Source: Amphiscolops sp. MND2022
Lineage: Eukaryota
DNA length: 64,000 nt
Reading direction: 5' to 3'
Assembly: GCA_964187785.1 (NCBI GenBank)
Contig: OZ076409.1
Span: 74,216,001 to 74,280,000, forward strand
A model generated the notes under the pieces. The model was not told the DNA's origin and did no database searches. It was given only the letters and a program-made list of their open reading frames with translations. A program made the position numbers and the translations under genes. Shown piece after piece: positions 61,728 through 64,000 of the stretch. The number at the start of each line of letters is the position of its first letter. Within the stretch, counting starts at the first letter, position 1.

Positions 61728-64000
61728 GTGCCGGGATTTCTATTCGATAAAGTATGTTGCGCGTGTGGGTAGGGCCCCTGGCGCGCTCTTGGGTATGGTG
61801 TTCACCAGCTAGGAAATAGGGGTCGATTTTTTGGGATCTCCTAAACTAGCCACACGATTTGGCTGAAATTTGGCACACGTACTCCCCTCGGCACGGTGAA
61901 GATGATTTCCTACTGACGTTTTTCCCGCAAAATTTTTTTTGTTGTCCAAAATAACGGTTTTTGGGGTAAAATTTTGAACTTTTTTTAAATTTCATCTTAT
62001 ATCTCGCCACGGGTTTACGCTAGCGCTTGAAAACCCTGCTAAAGAAAGCTTGCAAACTGTCTCAGGAATGGGGTGTGAAATTTTCAGCTCAATCGGACTC
62101 AAACTCAGGGAGATATAGCGTTTTTCCGGAGCGGGGGGGTTTCATTTTTCTAACGGTCCAGCTTATCTTAGCCATTTTTTCGAAAACGTACTCGCCTAAA
62201 GACCTCCCCTGGCCGATTTTATTCCCAGCAAAACCATTTGGCCCTAAATACGGAGTTTCAGCGTTCCAGCATTCCCGGGCGAAAAGTTGTGGGACTTAGA
62301 AAATTTCAAAAATTTTCAAAAATTTTTTTTTCCGTTTTCCGCCCTCCCCCCCTAGGGGAAAAGACCACCCAACCAGTAATTTGAGTGAATTCATGTGGAA
62401 AGGCCATGTTTAGAGGAGAAAAATACCGTTTAGATCGTCTTTTTATCTTTATTCAACGTTGACTTATGACGTTTTGAAGGTGATGTTTGGAGGTGTGAAG
62501 CACGTGAAAAGTAAACGTTATGAGTATTTATCTGATCTGAAAGCCATTGAGATGCAACCTATTTTGCTCAAAACGTAATTCATATCAGTTTGGTAGTCAA
62601 TCAACACCCTTTGTTGTCATTTGACATCTTTTTTTGTTGATATAGGAAAAAATTTCGTGTATTTATTCATTTTTTTATCATCAAATAACTTGAAACAGTT
62701 GAGTACATTCCATCCCCCCTTCACGGGGGAGATGAGAATGTACTCGCAAAAAGCCCCGAACTACGGCCCTTACCTTCCTGAGCTACGCAGTATAAAGATT
62801 GCATATTGGTTCCGACATTTTGATAGAGTTATATCTTGGTAATCTGTCTGGGTATGCAGAAAAACCAGCACGTGCTTTTTTATACCAAAGTTGCTCACAA
62901 CGACATTTATTTTATATCAACGCCCCCATATTTATCAACGCCCCCCGTCCGTGGGCATGCCGAGGCATGCCCTTCGACGACGTATACCAAAATATGTTCG
63001 AGCGCGTTAGCCTAGGTGCCGGGATTTCCATTCGATAAGGAATTCTGCGCGTGTGGGTAGGGCCCCTGGCGCGCTCCTGTGTTTTCGGTTTTCCTACTCC
63101 TAAATAGGCCCCCTGAATTCCGGGATCTCCTAAACTATCCATACGATTTGGCTGAAATTTGGCACACGTACCCCCCTCGGCACGGTGAAGATGATTCCTT
63201 ACTGACGTTTTGCCCGCTAAACATTTTTTGTTGACCAAAATAACGGTTTTTGGTGGAAAATTTTCAACTTTTTTTAAATTTCATCTTATATCTCGCCACG
63301 GGTCAACGCTAGCGCTTCCAAACCTTTCTAACGAAAGTTTGCAAACTGTCTCAGGAATGCTGTGTGAAAATTTCAGCTCAATCGGACCTGAACTCGAGAA
63401 GATATAGCGTTTTTCCGGAGCGGGGGGGTTTCATTTTTCTAACGGTCCAGCTTATCTTTGCCATTTTTTCGAAAATGCACTCGCCTAAAGGCCTCCCCTG
63501 GCCGGTTTTATTCCCAGCAAAACCATTTGGCCCTAAATACGAAGTTTCAGCGTTCCAGCATTCCCGGGCGAAAAGTTGTGGGACTTAGAAAATTTCAAAA
63601 AATTTCAAAAAAATTTTTTTCCGTTATTTGGGCCCCCAAAGTGGGGGAAAAGACCCCCCAACCAGAAAAGCAAGTGAATGCATGTGCCAAGCCCTTGTTT
63701 AGAGGAGAAAAATGCCGTTTAGAACGTCTTTTTATCTTGGCTCAACGTTGACTTATGACGTTTTGAAGGTGATGTTTGGAGGTGTAAAGCAAGTGAATAG
63801 TAAACGTTATGAGTATTTATCTGATCTGAAAGCTATTGAGATGCAATATGGTTTGCTCAAAACGTAATTCATTGCAGTTTGGCAATCAATCAACACCCTT
63901 TGTTGTCGTTTGACATACTTTTTTGTTGTTATAATAAAAAATTTTGTGTATTTATTCATTTTTTTCTCATCAAATAACTTGAAACAGTTGAGTACATTCC
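61728..64000 (+). mobile_element. One complete (1288 bp) and one truncated family-A unit; array continues past the window
   Basis: 61728-63015 closely matches 27415-28700. The window ends inside a type-1 hairpin. Confidence 0.75.

Larger units (their letters stand above)
9920..64000 (+). repeat. Head-to-tail array of 34 complete + 1 partial non-coding units (putative non-autonomous rolling-circle elements)
   Basis: Units start (GTG after CTAG/CTGG/CTTG) at 9920, 11197, 12468, 13780, 15094, 17067, 19040, 21031, 22302, 23585, 24858, 26129, 27415, 28701, 29992, 31261, 32537, 33806, 35088, 36359, 37651, 38936, 40245, 41537, 43708, 45097, 46372, 47644, 48918, 49989, 54882, 55919, 60653, 61728, 63016. 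All have the same orientation with no intervening DNA. The array is seen directly; its mobile-element origin is inferred. Confidence 0.92.

Noticed and set aside
11128..63015. CRISPR-like reading of the invariant palindrome with variable adjacent sequence
   Set aside because: The period is over 1 kb, the intervening DNA is mutually homologous, tails recur, and there are no cas genes.
9920..64000. Many recurrent 60-136 aa ORFs in the array
   Set aside because: They recur only because the DNA is repeated. Many start at non-ATG codons, they overlap in several frames, copies differ by frameshifts and stops, and no protein motif is recognisable.
9920..64000. True integron or tyrosine-recombinase cassette array
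   Set aside because: No integrase, no attC GTTRRRY/RYYYAAC structure and no cassette genes. The resemblance is architectural only.
9920..64000. Ordinary satellite DNA, or an rDNA/5S/tRNA/snRNA gene cluster
   Set aside because: Unrelated families are interleaved at one fixed junction, unlike a single-monomer satellite. I recognised no rRNA, tRNA or snRNA sequence, although no covariance search was run.

Overview
The window looks eukaryotic, is AT-rich and has two parts. (1) Positions 1-9919 are the right-hand part of a Helitron-like rolling-circle element. It encodes a >1,890-aa protein with a Cys/His cluster, HUH-Y2 Rep motifs, a Pif1-type SF1B helicase and a C-terminal GIY-YIG nuclease domain. 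The ORF continues off the left edge across a probable 1-bp frameshift. Downstream lie a separate SGNH-hydrolase ORF and several families of small covarying hairpins. (2) Positions 9920-64000 are a gap-free, head-to-tail, same-strand array of 34 complete and 1 partial non-coding units (1.04-4.9 kb) from at least four sequence families. All 35 junctions, including the end of the Rep/helicase element, read CT(A/G/T)G-GTG. Units share positionally conserved structures: a left-end stem-loop with covarying stem and usually a (G/T)AGGG loop, a GATCTC box, one of three types of ~42-bp internal hairpin and, in most, a 20-bp GGGCATGCCGAGGCATGCCC palindrome ~45 bp before the CTAG. Modules are shuffled between units. 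My best interpretation, which is inference, is a self-targeting rolling-circle transposon system: non-autonomous derivatives insert at each other's end-junction and build a cassette-like array. I recognised no host genes, RNA genes or CRISPR arrays. All coordinates were read by eye and no searches were run.
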